46,752 nt of DNA, from contig NC_068984.1 of NCBI RefSeq assembly GCF_001194135.2, forward strand, positions 48,977,506 to 49,024,257, given 5' to 3'. Both the position numbers and the translations under genes were made by a program. This document shows, one piece after another, positions 1-11,897 of the stretch. This DNA is from Octopus bimaculoides (lineage: Eukaryota). The notes below the pieces were generated by a model. The model had not been told where the DNA came from. It worked only from the letters and a program-made list of their open reading frames with translations, and made no database searches. Numbering within the stretch: position 1 is the stretch's first letter; each line of letters starts with the position of its first letter.

Positions 1-60
1 TATTTAGTTATGTGTTCATATTGAGTTGTGGAAGATATCTATTGATGTACTGAGGTGTTC

Positions 61-683
61 TGTGCTGATATTTATCTAATCAACATCATGGTGTTTGGAG
101 TCGTCACCAGTGATGTCGACGTTATGCCTCCACTCATCTTCCCACATGACTTTAGACTCTACACGGAAGCCTACATCAAGTGCCTGTAGGAGGTAGTGCT
201 ACCCTGGGTCAAGAGGATGGCTACTAGAAAACCCTTATGTCTGGCAACAAGAATCTGCACCATGCCACACAGCCAAGAGAACGCAGTCATGGCTCTCAAA
301 CAATTTCTGTGACCACATCTCACCTAACATCTGGCCAACTATCTCCCCAGACTGCAACCACCTTGATTATTATGTGTAGGGCGCAGTTGAGCAAGAGACC
401 ACTGTAACACCAAAACTACCTGTAACACCAAAAGTGAACAACTGAAGGCAAAGATTATGGCAGTATTCACCAACTTAAACAAGGACTGTCCGTAAGAGTT
501 GCAGAAAATTCCAAAGTCGTTTGGAGTCCGTGGTTGAAGCCAATGGAGATGTTATTGAATGAATTTGCTCTTTAGTATTTCAGATATTTTTATGTAATTT
601 TGGTAAATATATCTGTTGAAATGAGATGTCAGTGTTATTTTCAGTTTTGGTAATTTAGACGACAGTTTATTCACCGCACCCTG
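61..683 (+). mobile_element. Tc1/mariner superfamily remnant, maT (DD37D) type: transposase C-terminal half plus 3' TIR; inactive
   Basis: Translation from ~85 gives IMVFGVVTSD..VMPPLIFPH..EAYIKCL*EVVLPWVK, a frameshift, then YVWQQ(E)SAPCHTAKRTQSWL..WPTISPDCNHLDYYV*GAVE. There are 37 residues between the second (D>E) and third catalytic Asp positions, the DD37D spacing. It ends in a TIR-like ttattcaccgcaccctg at ~667-683. Stops and a frameshift are present. Confidence 0.85.
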
Positions 684-923
684 TTGACACCCTGTTTATC
701 TAAACTTTCGAGAGAAATAATCATTTTTTTTATAAGAGCCGTTCTGGAAACACACATATAGGTATAAACAGTAGCTTATAAATATTGGGGCGAAAAAACA
801 AACCGTTGAGAAAAATATCAACCCAATATTTATATACCTTTATTTATATTTTTACTTGTACCTCGAGATTCAGTGTTTCAAAAAAATGTGATTCATATAT
901 ATACATATATATTCACACATTCT

Positions 924-1314
924 NNNNNNNNNNNNNNNNNNNNNNNNNNNNNNNNNNNNNNNNNNNNNNNNNNNNNNNNNNNNNNNNNNNNNNNNNNNNN
1001 NNNNNNNNNNNNNNNNNNNNNNNNNNNNNNNNNNNNNNNNNNNNNNNNNNNNNNNNNNNNNNNNNNNNNNNNNNNNNNNNNNNNNNNNNNNNNNNNNNNN
1101 NNNNNNNNNNNNNNNNNNNNNNNNNNNNNNNNNNNNNNNNNNNNNNNNNNNNNNNNNNNNNNNNNNNNNNNNNNNNNNNNNNNNNNNNNNNNNNNNNNNN
1201 NNNNNNNNNNNNNNNNNNNNNNNNNNNNNNNNNNNNNNNNNNNNNNNNNNNNNNNNNNNNNNNNNNNNNNNNNNNNNNNNNNNNNNNNNNNNNNNNNNNN
1301 NNNNNNNNNNNNNN
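924..1314. other. Assembly gap (first of eight N runs; others at 8724-8957, 9698-10368, 16025-16269, 18004-18211, 25555-26032, 32798-32807, 41045-41449)
   Basis: Runs of N in the sequence; several abut long microsatellites (CA, AT, AAT/AAG), consistent with collapse at simple repeats. Confidence 0.99.
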
Positions 1315-2049
1315 TTTTTTTTTTTTTTTTTTTTCACTTTCTGTGAGAAAAGCTAAGTGGTTTTATGTCTCTCTGATTGAATATAACCTTTTGCATGGCA
1401 GAAATTTTTGTAATGACAACATTCGTGACAATGGTGTGTGAAGGCATAGTATATTATTTAATTTGTGCATATTCTTTATGCTTGAATCAATTTTTGTAGG
1501 TAGGTTGTGGATAACATACATGTGTGAAGATGTAGACATATATTTGTTATATCAACATTTTTGTACAAAGTACCAGCACAGTGTATAGTAGTTATGTGTA
1601 AGAAAATATTTGTTTTCAATATTCCTTCGCATATCTGTTTAAATGAGCGATTATATATTTCGAAGATTCTCGTACATTCATTTTAGAATCTTGTCTAAAA
1701 TGGTAGAAATGATATGATCGAAACTAAGGTTAGATAAAAAGTGTTTCTTTCATTAACCACAAGCTCACTCGAATTCCGCAGCACGGGCTCTTGATTATAG
1801 TTGGGATATTTATCGTGTTTGTCTTGTGATTTTTGGAGTGCGGGACAGTGTTTTGAATAATAAAAGTATACATTTCACTAGTTTTCCATTTAACTCAGCT
1901 TTCTGATTTATTTATTGTTGTTCACTTAATGTTAGATCATAAGGTTTGTTGTTATAGAAAGGCTGGTAAGTTGACAGTAACAAAACAACATGGTATCAAT
2001 TTCATCTTCCAGTGTTTTGAGGTTAAATTCTACCTATCCGAACTACATC

Positions 2050-2810
2050 CTTTCAGGAGAGAAAAAAAAATCATCAGTGATAAAATCTTATTCGATTTAC
2101 ATTCTGCCCAGCATTTCGGTGACCATTGCCGACTATTCTGCTTGCGATCTCGTCGCACTGTTTTCCTAATTGGATATATACAATCCAGCCAAACAGCAAA
2201 TCTCTAAACATATTCTGCATTCAACGAGACATCGTCATCACTTATGGATTTGCGTTTCCAGGTGCCGAGTTGTAATCACATGAACTTGTCCTGACGACAA
2301 CTTCGATTTTTCGATCAGTCCAGCATCATAACGAGGACATTCTTGGTGTATACAGATGAGGCTCTTTTGAGTTCCAGTCTCAACGAAATATACTTCAACG
2401 TTTCCTTCTTCACAAATATAAATGCAACACACATCCAGACGAAACAGAGTAATATTGGCTGATCTCGTTATGATATCTGAGAAGGGCTTAATCGCCAAAC
2501 CTGTGGTCTGATCATTGTACAGTTGCTACATATATTGTAGTAAACCAATTCCTCGGGTCATGATCGAAACCAGCTGCACTAGTTTTTTTCCATGTTCACA
2601 CAGCTGCACGATTTATGTACATCTAAAGGATATATCGCATGATGTGAACGTTGTTTCAGATACATGTTGTGGGGAATGTAAAATTTTATGCATCTCCATC
2701 TGAACTAGAAACATGTGCCAGCATTGTGGAGGAGTACATTTTCCCAGAATATTGGCTCAGGGACTGTTTTGTCGAGGATACAGGGCATAGTTCATTATGT
2801 CAAACTATTA
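2050..2810 (-). mobile_element. Heavily decayed Tx1/L1-like LINE reverse-transcriptase fragment (RT domains ~2-6)
   Basis: Minus-strand frames give motifs in the expected order: NNVHIMRYI (cf. DNLHLMRY), LDVHKSCSCV (LDQSKAFDRV), AGFDHDPRNWF (AGFG..FR.WI), KPFSDIITRS / SVSSGCVL (PF.I.RSVRQGCPL), SVYTKNV (SAYADDV), LQLGTWKRKS. The last matches the LQLDTW motif of the 19.5 kb copy. Confidence 0.65.
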
Positions 2811-3488
2811 TTCACTCAATAACAGATTTTACATCGTTAAGTAAATATTATAATGATGGACAATATAAACTGAATAGGAGCTTGTATAATATCAAGTGGA
2901 GTAGTACTAAAACAAAATTTAAGAACACTAATGTAGGAATATATGAAATTGCTGCCACAAAAAGTGACATAGACAACAATAGTGCAATCAATATAACATG
3001 AAAGCATTTAAATTAAGGAAAGTAAGGGTGACAGTGAGGAAAATAATTTTGTAGGATCCGTAGCCTCATGCACATAATTGAACCTGAGCGTAATAGCCAA
3101 AATAATGGAAGAGGTTCAGTTATACGTCAGTAGAGAAAAGGCAGTACAACAACTAACGAAAGAAATAGGGGAATGTGGATAAAAAGGCAAGGAAACTGTT
3201 TAAAGAAAACTTCGAAAACATGATTAATGCCATCTTGTTACGCATAAATCATGTGTTACATTCTGAGAAATGAGCGAAGACACCATCATTGCGTTATACT
3301 TGTCAAGAATATGCAAGTTTATAAAAGTTTATAAAAGTGTTCTTTTTAAATATTGAAGGTCAGAAGAATGGCAATACACATAACGTGAATAGTAGCAGAA
3401 TTATTTTACTGAGATAAGTCTGTACTCATATCGTAAAACCTGAGGATTGGCCCAGAATTTATCAGCATTTTCACGTTCTAGTAATATG

Positions 3489-3697
3489 GTATCAAATTAT
3501 GGCACAAAGCCAACAATTTTAGGGGAATGGTAAGTCGATTACATCGACGACAGTGCTTAACCGGTACTTATTTTATCGACGTCAGAAGGGTAAAAGTAAA
3601 AATCGATCCCGGCATAATGTGAATTCAGAACGTAAAGGCGGACGAAATGCATCTAAGCACACTATCCGGCGTGCTAACGGTTCTGCCAGATCACCTA
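3489..3697 (-). mobile_element. tRNA-derived SINE, family A
   Basis: Reverse complement matches the 11138 copy: tggcagaaccgttagcacg..catttcgtc..ttctgaattc..gtcgataaaataagtaccgg..gtcgatgtaatcgactt. Confidence 0.85.
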
Positions 3698-3888
3698 AAG
3701 AGTCATTTTGAGTTCAGTGGTGGTGGCTAGAAGTCAAATATTTGGCGCTTAAAAGCTATCTTAATCACAGCAATAGTCAACAACAATTACAAAAACAAAC
3801 TGAACCACAGGTAAATAATGGAATCCAGGGCAATCAAAGGCAAGAATGTTTCTGAAGATGCTGGCTCTGGTATTGTGTTTAGTTTCAG

Positions 3889-4100
3889 CCTTCGAAGTAT
3901 GAACGTGAACCAAAGCATAACAACCACAAACTTGTAATTGTACGGCTCCTTCCGTGTCAAATCAATAGATGGAGTTGGAACACAAAAAATTACTCGAAGT
4001 TCCTCTCTAGTACATCGTTAACTACAGACACTTCTAAATTTCACGTCATAAGAATTGATGATGTCGATGGATATCGGACCAAATTTATCGTTAAAGACAA
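3889..4100 (+). CDS. Candidate internal exon of an unidentified host gene (212 nt, phase 0 to 2)
   Basis: Acceptor tattgtgtttagtttcag| and donor GACAA|gtaagt. Only one frame is open, for 70 codons (PSKYEREPKHNNHKLVIVRLLPCQINRWSWNTKNYSKFLSSTSLTTDTSKFHVIRIDDVDGYRTKFIVKD). I recognise no homology and found no linked exons. Confidence 0.25.
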
Positions 4101-4275
4101 GTAAGTAGTGTAAAACAAGAAAATTGCTTAGATACCCGGTTCGACAAAACTGCACCAAGAAGTAACAATATGCATTTTGAAATGCGAAAGACTTAATTTT
4201 AAAATCATTTTCGAAATAATATGAATTAAGTGAATGTATAGACAAGAGCTACAAATAATTAAAACATAATTATAT

Positions 4276-4502
4276 GGAGGTGAACATGGCTTCGAGCGCA
4301 TAGAAACGTTAGCACGTCGAACAAAAGTTTTAGCGACATTTCGTCTGTCTTTGCGTTCTCAGTTCAAATTCCGCTTAGGTCAACGTTGACATTCATCCTT
4401 TCGGTTTGAAGAAATACGTACGAGCTGAACACTGGGGTCGATGTAATATCCTAGCTCTCTCTTTGAAAATTGCAAGCGTTGTGCCTATAGTTGAAAGAGG
4501 AA
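4276..4502 (+). mobile_element. tRNA-derived SINE, family A (diverged)
   Basis: gaaacgttagcacg..catttcgtctgtc..cagttcaaattccgc..ttcatcctttcgg..cactggggtcgatgtaat matches the family A core. Confidence 0.8.
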
Positions 4503-6190
4503 TCACTATCATACTGCAAAGAGATGTTTTCCTCTACAAATCAAAAGTACTTAGGTGCTGTTGAACAACGAAATATTTCAGTAGATCTACCACACAAGAA
4601 TGACCTTGTTTATAGTTTCAGATGACAAAATGTGTTGAAAATTAGAGGGAAGTTTAAACAAGAACGAGTGAAAATATTCGAAGATCTAGACAAAATGTGA
4701 TTGGCTAATATTATTTGAAAACACTTCATTGGTTGACTATATGACCATTGTTATCCAAATATAAATTGAGAACCGGAGAGAATTGAGGAAGAAAATAAAA
4801 TAAGCCAATTAAGGAAGAAAAGAACAATAGCAAAAAGAAATAGGAATCGAAAGAATTTGAATATTGAACAATGAGTAATAAATATAATACAAAATATGTG
4901 TAAAATGGATTAATGAAAGAATGAAAATATACGAATGTTAGATAAAAAGAAAGTTGAGGATGGTAAGAAGGAAAATGTAATTCTCGAAGAAGAATACATA
5001 TTGACGTTTTTTAAATTATTCTGTTCAAAGGAAAATATAATTGTAATATTTAGCCATCCGGCTTTGGAGTAAACAAACACAGATTGTGAAATATATTTAT
5101 TTCAATAATGAGCACCTGATTGGAATAATTATGAATATAAAAAAAAGTTTTTCTTTCGATATTCAGCAGAAGTAGCAGTTATTTGTGTCTACGGATTTCA
5201 CTGTTATTCTTAAAACTGAATCACTGCCATTTTTTATAAGTCTAGTCATAGTCATTTAATCAGCGTGTAAGTGATATCGTCTAATGTAGGATACTTTTTA
5301 TGCAAACAATCCAAAATTCTTCGTTCTATCATGTCACATATTCCTGCTAATTCTGCGCCAAAGGATGACCTTATAAGTCAAATAATCAACCTTTTTCTTT
5401 CAAAAACAAATTTTCTAGAATCCAAACAGGTTTTCGTGAGTGTATCATTATTTCCCTATCATATTCACGGACAGATTTAGTAATAGGCGATAAATATGAA
5501 TAATATGAGACTGCATAAATTTACAATCATTGCCGCCGTTACTGAGCTAACCACTATTATTCAATAAAAGAAGAGTTTTCGTTTCGCATTTTTATAAGAG
5601 TTTGGAATTTATCTGCTAACAATTCCTAACTCTGTTTTTTTGAAATGTTACTGGGATTACATTTCTGATTACTAGAAAATTTTGTTTTACGATCCTGAAA
5701 GGCAATATTTTTTTGAGCTACTGTCTGAATATTCAACTCTATCATTTATATTTAAAATGGTAGTTAAATGTGTTGCATCTAAGTAAATTGAATGGTATGT
5801 GCTGCCCAATGTTCTTTAGATATTTGTAATCTAGTTGACAAAAAAAGCCTGCTGTGTGTTCTTCTCTCGGTTGTGATGAACACAAAAATGGGTCTTATTC
5901 TACGAAACGTATATTATTTTTAGAGGGTTAAATGAGAATATTATAAACCTTATTTACTTCATAACGTTCGTAGACATTTGAACAGAGTCTTTCGTTACAT
6001 CTTTTCCTTTTTTCATAATACAAATCTACGTCCTTTCTATTTTAATCATTCTGCATATATTTTCTCTTTACTCTTGTCTTCTCTAAAGCATCATCCAACT
6101 TCTATATTTCTTTCAAAACATTTTGAGTACATCTGCCACTTATTGAAATAATACGAACATTTTCATGCTATAATATTACCCAGTTAATGC

Positions 6191-6395
6191 AAGGCAACGA
6201 GCTGACACAATCGTAACAAACCGGACAATGTTTATCAACGTTTCGTCTATCCTTACGTTTTGAATGCAAATTACGCTGAGATCGACGTTACTTTTCATCA
6301 TTTGGCGAACTAGGAAATAATTACCAGTTGACCACTGAGATCAATGTGACCGACGACCCTCTCCCTCTAAATTTTAGGCCTTCGTCTATCTTTTG
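6191..6395 (+). mobile_element. tRNA-derived SINE, family A (diverged)
   Basis: aaggcaacgagctgac..tttcgtctatccttacgttttgaatgcaaatt..ttttcatcatttgg..taccagttgaccactgagatcaatgt. Confidence 0.7.
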
Positions 6396-8047
6396 TCCCA
6401 AGTTTCTTTCTCACCCAACGATTAGAAATGAGAAACTCGAATTATCTTTTTGTGAAGTTTAAGCTTCCGATGTAATACAAATATTTACGACACCATTTGA
6501 GAAGGAAGTCTCTTTGTTCTTTGTTATTCACGGTGATGCTTGTATATTTACTATATAAATGATAGACTATGTCGTTATGTATGTGTGTTTATCCCCGAAA
6601 GGCCCTGAAATGGTGCGTCCTCGAGAGAAAGAAATTTGATTTTTTAAATCTGCGTCCCAAAGAGAAGGTTCTCCATAAATAATAATGAAAAAAATATAAT
6701 TTTCTTCGAGAAATAATTCAACATTTATATCGACAAATCTCCCATTCTCTGTCTGTCACCGATATTCTCTCTCTTTTACACCTTTCCCTATCTATATATT
6801 TACCACACTCTTGTCTTACTCGCTCTTTGTATATATATTATCTCTCACATATGGAGCCCCCTCCCCTCTCCCTGTCTCTTTCGCTCTCTATTCATATGAC
6901 CTAAAGCTTCTTTCATTTTGTTTATGACTTCGTCTTCTAATGTTTATTTTTATTTTATGATGCACAATTATCCCGCACAAAGCCTGATTCCTGATTGGGT
7001 GAAAGTTATCAAATTTTAAACCTCTAACATTTTTTCTAATATTTTTCTGAACTAAATGAATCTCAAAACCAAATTCAGCGTGGAAAATGCAGGGATAATG
7101 AAAGTGCACCATGCATTCATCGTTCGGAAGGCTTGCATTCATTTGGAGACAAACACACCTCCTTTCTCTTTATACAAAGAAGTTTTTAACCAAGCATCTC
7201 CCATATTTTATTATACACTCGGAATACATTTGATATCGGCATGACCGCTATTTCTTGCAGGTGGTAAAAAAATATATAGAATTCTCCATTGAATTCAACA
7301 GTGATAAATGCAGTGTTACAATGAACCTGTTCTTTACACTGAGTTGTTGCATCAACATTATGTATGGTCTGTTTGTTATATCAAAGTTTACCTAGGGCTA
7401 CACAGCTCCAGCAACGTCATGGCTGCAAATTCTATGTTCGTCATGGTTTGAAAATATGTTTAATTCATAGTAGTAGCTAACGATAGATGGAATTGCCTTT
7501 AGCATAAATAAATTGAAATAGTAACACTTTTACATTGTAGTACTGATTATGTCAGCTCTTAAACATAATCAAATCCACATTTGCATACTATCTCATAAAG
7601 ACATCTTCAAACATTATTCGAATATATTAGCAAAACAATTTAGTAAGAAACTTTCTCTCTCAACATCTTACATTCTACTAAAACGGTCAATGAACTAATA
7701 AATCAAACACACACACACACACATACACACATACACACACACATACACACGCATACATACACGCTTATGTATCCGTTTTGTTAAAAATATGCATTTCTCA
7801 TTATCATCTCATATCATCCGTCTGCAAGATAATATAAGAAATGTCGTGTATCTTATATCACTTTCTTGAAACAACCACTAGAGAAACCATGTATACTGAA
7901 CAACTAAAGAAAGGCATTGTACAGCTGAAAAATAAAGCCACAAAAGACAGTAAAGTAACCTTGGATATCGGTGCTTCAGCGATGTCTTTGACGTGATGGG
8001 AGAATGTAGGGTAAATGTAGTAATTACGACACAGATTTATATATATA

Positions 8048-8200
8048 CATAGAGAGAGACACACTGACAGACAGACAGAGACAGACAGTCACACAGACAG
8101 AGACAGACAGACAGACAGACAGACAGAGACAGACAGACAGAGACAGACAGACAGAGACAGACAGACAGAGAGACAGACAGACAGAGAGACAGACATACAG
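8048..8200. repeat. (AGAC)n/(AG)n microsatellite; (CA)n tracts also at ~7705-7762 and 8630-8723
   Basis: Directly visible tandem repeats. Confidence 0.95.
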
Positions 8201-8411
8201 ATGGGAAGGATGGAGGATGGAATGAGAGATAATTATGCAGTTAAACAAATTAAATATAATACCTTGGGTTTGATATACAAAATCTATATGTATGTATACA
8301 TGCAAACAGAAGAGAAGCAGGAACTGAAGAGTTTCATACGGTGAATATTTAAGTATTAATATACAGATATTTATATGAATGGATCAAACATACTCAGAGT
8401 ACAAGCAACAC

Positions 8412-8518
8412 AGAAAATTAAAGCGGAAGAGGTAAGGTATTATGAATCCAACAGCTGTTCCTTGGGGCTCGTAAACAGCTGTTGGACTTATAATTCATCC
8501 TCTTACCCTTTAATTTTT
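8412..8518. repeat. Imperfect inverted repeat (~48-bp arms, 14-nt loop), probably head-to-head Penelope-type terminal sequences
   Basis: Left arm aaaattaaagcggaagaggtaaggtattatgaatccaacagctgtt; reverse complement of right arm aaaattaaagggtaagaggatgaattataagtccaacagctgtt. The inner 13 bp pair perfectly. Confidence 0.8.
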
Positions 8519-8683
8519 TCTGTCGTTTGTACTATGTGTAAGTTTATTCTATTAATATAAATATCTATATATTCATACTTAATTATTCATTGTCTGAAAA
8601 TCTCGAGTCTTTGATTTCTTTCTACTTACATATATACATACACACACTCACACACACACAGACACATACACACATACATACAT

Positions 8684-8723
<40 letters not shown>

Positions 8724-8957
8724 NNNNNNNNNNNNNNNNNNNNNNNNNNNNNNNNNNNNNNNNNNNNNNNNNNNNNNNNNNNNNNNNNNNNNNNNNNNNN
8801 NNNNNNNNNNNNNNNNNNNNNNNNNNNNNNNNNNNNNNNNNNNNNNNNNNNNNNNNNNNNNNNNNNNNNNNNNNNNNNNNNNNNNNNNNNNNNNNNNNNN
8901 NNNNNNNNNNNNNNNNNNNNNNNNNNNNNNNNNNNNNNNNNNNNNNNNNNNNNNNNN

Positions 8958-8991
<34 letters not shown>

Positions 8992-9013
8992 AGACCGATA
9001 GAATAAGTCCTTT

Positions 9014-9090
9014 AGTCGATTTGTTCGACTAAAGGCGGTGCTCCAGCATGGCCGCAGTCAAATGACTGAAACAAATAAAAGAGTAAAAGG
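9014..9090 (+). mobile_element. 3' tail fragment of a further SINE family (family D)
   Basis: ttcgactaaaggcggtgctccagcatggccgcagtcaaatgactgaaacaaataaaagagtaaaagg; GC-rich stem followed by a (TAAAAG)-type tail. Recognised from memory as a common octopus SINE 3' end. Confidence 0.6.
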
Positions 9091-9257
9091 GTGTAGTAGC
9101 TTTATAGCAATTTTGACTGCTAAATGCGTCAGAAAATGTTTATAATATTCCCAATCAACAATCTTCACAAATGAAGTGAAATTGAGAGAAAAGTCAGAGA
9201 AATGAAATTGATTGGTAAATTTCAAGCCTGTTCTAAATGAAAAGTTATAGTTACGGC

Positions 9258-9325
9258 AATAATGATGATGATGATAATGATGATGATGATGATGATGATA
9301 ATGATGATGATGATGATGATAATAA
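9258..9325. repeat. (GAT)n microsatellite
   Basis: Directly visible. Confidence 0.95.
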
Positions 9326-11137
9326 GTACTTGTGCTATTACTACTACTACCACCGCCACAAATAATAACAACAATATTAAATATGATTCGAGGATGTTAG
9401 TAATGTTGACCAAATAAACATTGAGAGGTAAAAATATATACACCTTATTCTTGGGGAAACCAGACAATCATTGATTTCATGCTGGGAAACCATATATGAA
9501 ACCATTGGTTTCATATTTCTCAGCAGTTATTCAGTTCTGTAATTCCGTCCCCTATCCAAAATGGAGTCTGGTTACCCAACAAATAATAAATATTTTTCTT
9601 CCAATCCGATGTTGAGTACTCGTTCTTACTGTTCGATATTAACGTATGTGCACACACGCACACATGCACACATTTATATATATATATATATATATATNNN
9701 NNNNNNNNNNNNNNNNNNNNNNNNNNNNNNNNNNNNNNNNNNNNNNNNNNNNNNNNNNNNNNNNNNNNNNNNNNNNNNNNNNNNNNNNNNNNNNNNNNNN
9801 NNNNNNNNNNNNNNNNNNNNNNNNNNNNNNNNNNNNNNNNNNNNNNNNNNNNNNNNNNNNNNNNNNNNNNNNNNNNNNNNNNNNNNNNNNNNNNNNNNNN
9901 NNNNNNNNNNNNNNNNNNNNNNNNNNNNNNNNNNNNNNNNNNNNNNNNNNNNNNNNNNNNNNNNNNNNNNNNNNNNNNNNNNNNNNNNNNNNNNNNNNNN
10001 NNNNNNNNNNNNNNNNNNNNNNNNNNNNNNNNNNNNNNNNNNNNNNNNNNNNNNNNNNNNNNNNNNNNNNNNNNNNNNNNNNNNNNNNNNNNNNNNNNNN
10101 NNNNNNNNNNNNNNNNNNNNNNNNNNNNNNNNNNNNNNNNNNNNNNNNNNNNNNNNNNNNNNNNNNNNNNNNNNNNNNNNNNNNNNNNNNNNNNNNNNNN
10201 NNNNNNNNNNNNNNNNNNNNNNNNNNNNNNNNNNNNNNNNNNNNNNNNNNNNNNNNNNNNNNNNNNNNNNNNNNNNNNNNNNNNNNNNNNNNNNNNNNNN
10301 NNNNNNNNNNNNNNNNNNNNNNNNNNNNNNNNNNNNNNNNNNNNNNNNNNNNNNNNNNNNNNNNNNNNAAAAAACAGTATTTTAAAAATGAAATAAAATA
10401 AAATCAATTTTAAAAAAAAGGAGAATTCACCTAATTAGTCATCCCTAAGAGAAAATTGAGTTACAAATTAGGTGAAGTAACGAATTAGCCAAATACGAAT
10501 TAAGCTAATTCTACTGTATTAATGCTAACTAATAAATTTTACTTATGATTTACTTGTCAGATTAAATTTTTGTTTTCTAATGTGAAAGAATAGACTGAGC
10601 ATATGGTTAATTTGAAACCATTTAATGACCATTCTACTGAAATCAGCATTTTTTTTTTGCAATGAGATTTCTATTCAAGTGAAACAAATATCTTGTGCAA
10701 TATTATTTACAACTTCATATTTTATAGTTTGTACTTGATACGACTAAATGAAATATTATTTTAACTGTACATTCCAAAAGACATGTTTTTAAAGAAAAAT
10801 TGTTTAAATTTAGTTTTGATTACTTTTTTACCATGTTTTTAAAAATTTACTTGATTTTTAGATTCTCATAATGAATAATATAAATTATCTAAAATCTACC
10901 TAATATAATGTATTTTAATTTTTAAAATCTTATTCTCGGCTGCAATATTTTAAGTGCAGTAGAATATTAAGTACTTTTTAGTCTCCTCTAGATGTGACGA
11001 ATTAGGCAAACTCTGTTGTAGAAATATTGTTCTGTACTTTTCCAGGTGTAATAACTTAAGAGTATAAACATGCATGCGCCCGCATTTTTCATTGTAATTC
11101 ATCTTTTTCCAAGCAATGCAATAAGACTAATAAATAG

Positions 11138-11353
11138 GGCGGCGAGCTGGCAGAAACGTTAGCACGCAGGGCGAAATGCTTAGCGATATTTCGTCTACCG
11201 TTAGTTCAAATTCCACCGAGGTTGGCTTTGCCTTTCATCCTTTCGGGGTCGATTAAATAAGTACCAGTTACGCACCGGGGTTGATGTAATCGAGTTAATC
11301 CCCTTGTTTTTCCCCTCTATGTCTAGCCCCATGTGGGCAATAAATAAGTAAAT
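11138..11353 (+). mobile_element. tRNA-derived SINE, family A; best-preserved copy, with 11-bp target-site duplication
   Basis: ggcggcgagctggcagaaacgttagc (A-box-like), agttcaaattcc (B-box-like) and core gcctttcatcctttcggggtcgattaaataagtaccag. TSD ctaataaatag at 11127-11137 and 11354-11364. Confidence 0.92.
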
Positions 11354-11679
11354 CTAATAAATAGTCTTTTGTTTAAGAATATTTGAATTATTTTTCATTG
11401 CTCATGATTGAATTAAAATAAGACTTTTATGAGTGAGAAATGTAATTATAATTGTAAAAAATATTAGATCCTGTATCTTCACTGTATATAAAATGTTTAT
11501 ATTGGAACAAAGGGCATAATACGAACTCGCCAAAAAAGAAGTGCGAAAATTTGTTATGAAAAATGATTTTCTATATAATAGTGAATATTAATGTAATACC
11601 AATTTTAGTATAAAATCAAGAAATAAATGAATTATGTCTATATATAGTAAGAAATAAATGAGTTATATCTGTATATAGT

Positions 11680-11897
11680 GCGTGGAGGTGCAATGGCCCA
11701 GTAGTTAGAGCAGCGGACTCGCAGTCATAGGATCGCGGTTTCGATTCCCAGACCGGGCGTTGTGAGTGTTTATTGAGCGAAAACACCTAAAGCTCCATGA
11801 GGCTCCGGCACTTGCACGTTAATTTCACGAGCAGACTGTTCCGTTGATCGGATCAACTGGAACCCTCGACGTCGTAGGCGACGGATTTCCAACAATA
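11680..11897 (+). mobile_element. tRNA-derived SINE, family B, with TSD
   Basis: tggcccagtagttag (A box) and ggtttcgattccc (B box), then gtgtttattgagcgaaaacacc. TSD tatatagt at 11672-11679 and 11899-11906. Inserted in a ~30-bp local tandem repeat (aagaaataaatga..tatatagt). Confidence 0.85.

Noticed and set aside
785-1441. Long ORFs in the track that span N runs (also at 8590-9006, 9520-10407, 15930-16403, 17918-18448, 25451-26174, 40947-41612)
   Set aside because: They are open only because N codons translate as X; the flanks are microsatellite-derived low-complexity peptides.
1980-2800. Initial impression of a piggyBac transposase C-terminus
   Set aside because: The ordered RT motifs and LQLGTW fit a Tx1-like LINE much better, and no TTAA-CCC terminus was found.
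2820-2975. TSLSKYY..YNIKWS..NCCHKK resembling a Penelope GIY-YIG C-terminus
   Set aside because: Only scattered short matches across frames; too weak to call.
3730-4100. Minus-strand reading ..KEPY..FTFILRR..FLPLIAL..YLWFSLFL resembling a Cys-loop (nAChR-like) pre-M1 region
   Set aside because: Motif spacing is too short, there is no Cys-loop or M2 signature, and in-frame stops occur. Hydrophobic antisense frames are common in AT-rich DNA.
11680-11760. tRNA gene calls for the tRNA-like heads at 11680, 31430-31508 and 39973
   Set aside because: A and B boxes are present but the cloverleaf is not complete, and each continues into a SINE body (with a TSD at 11680).
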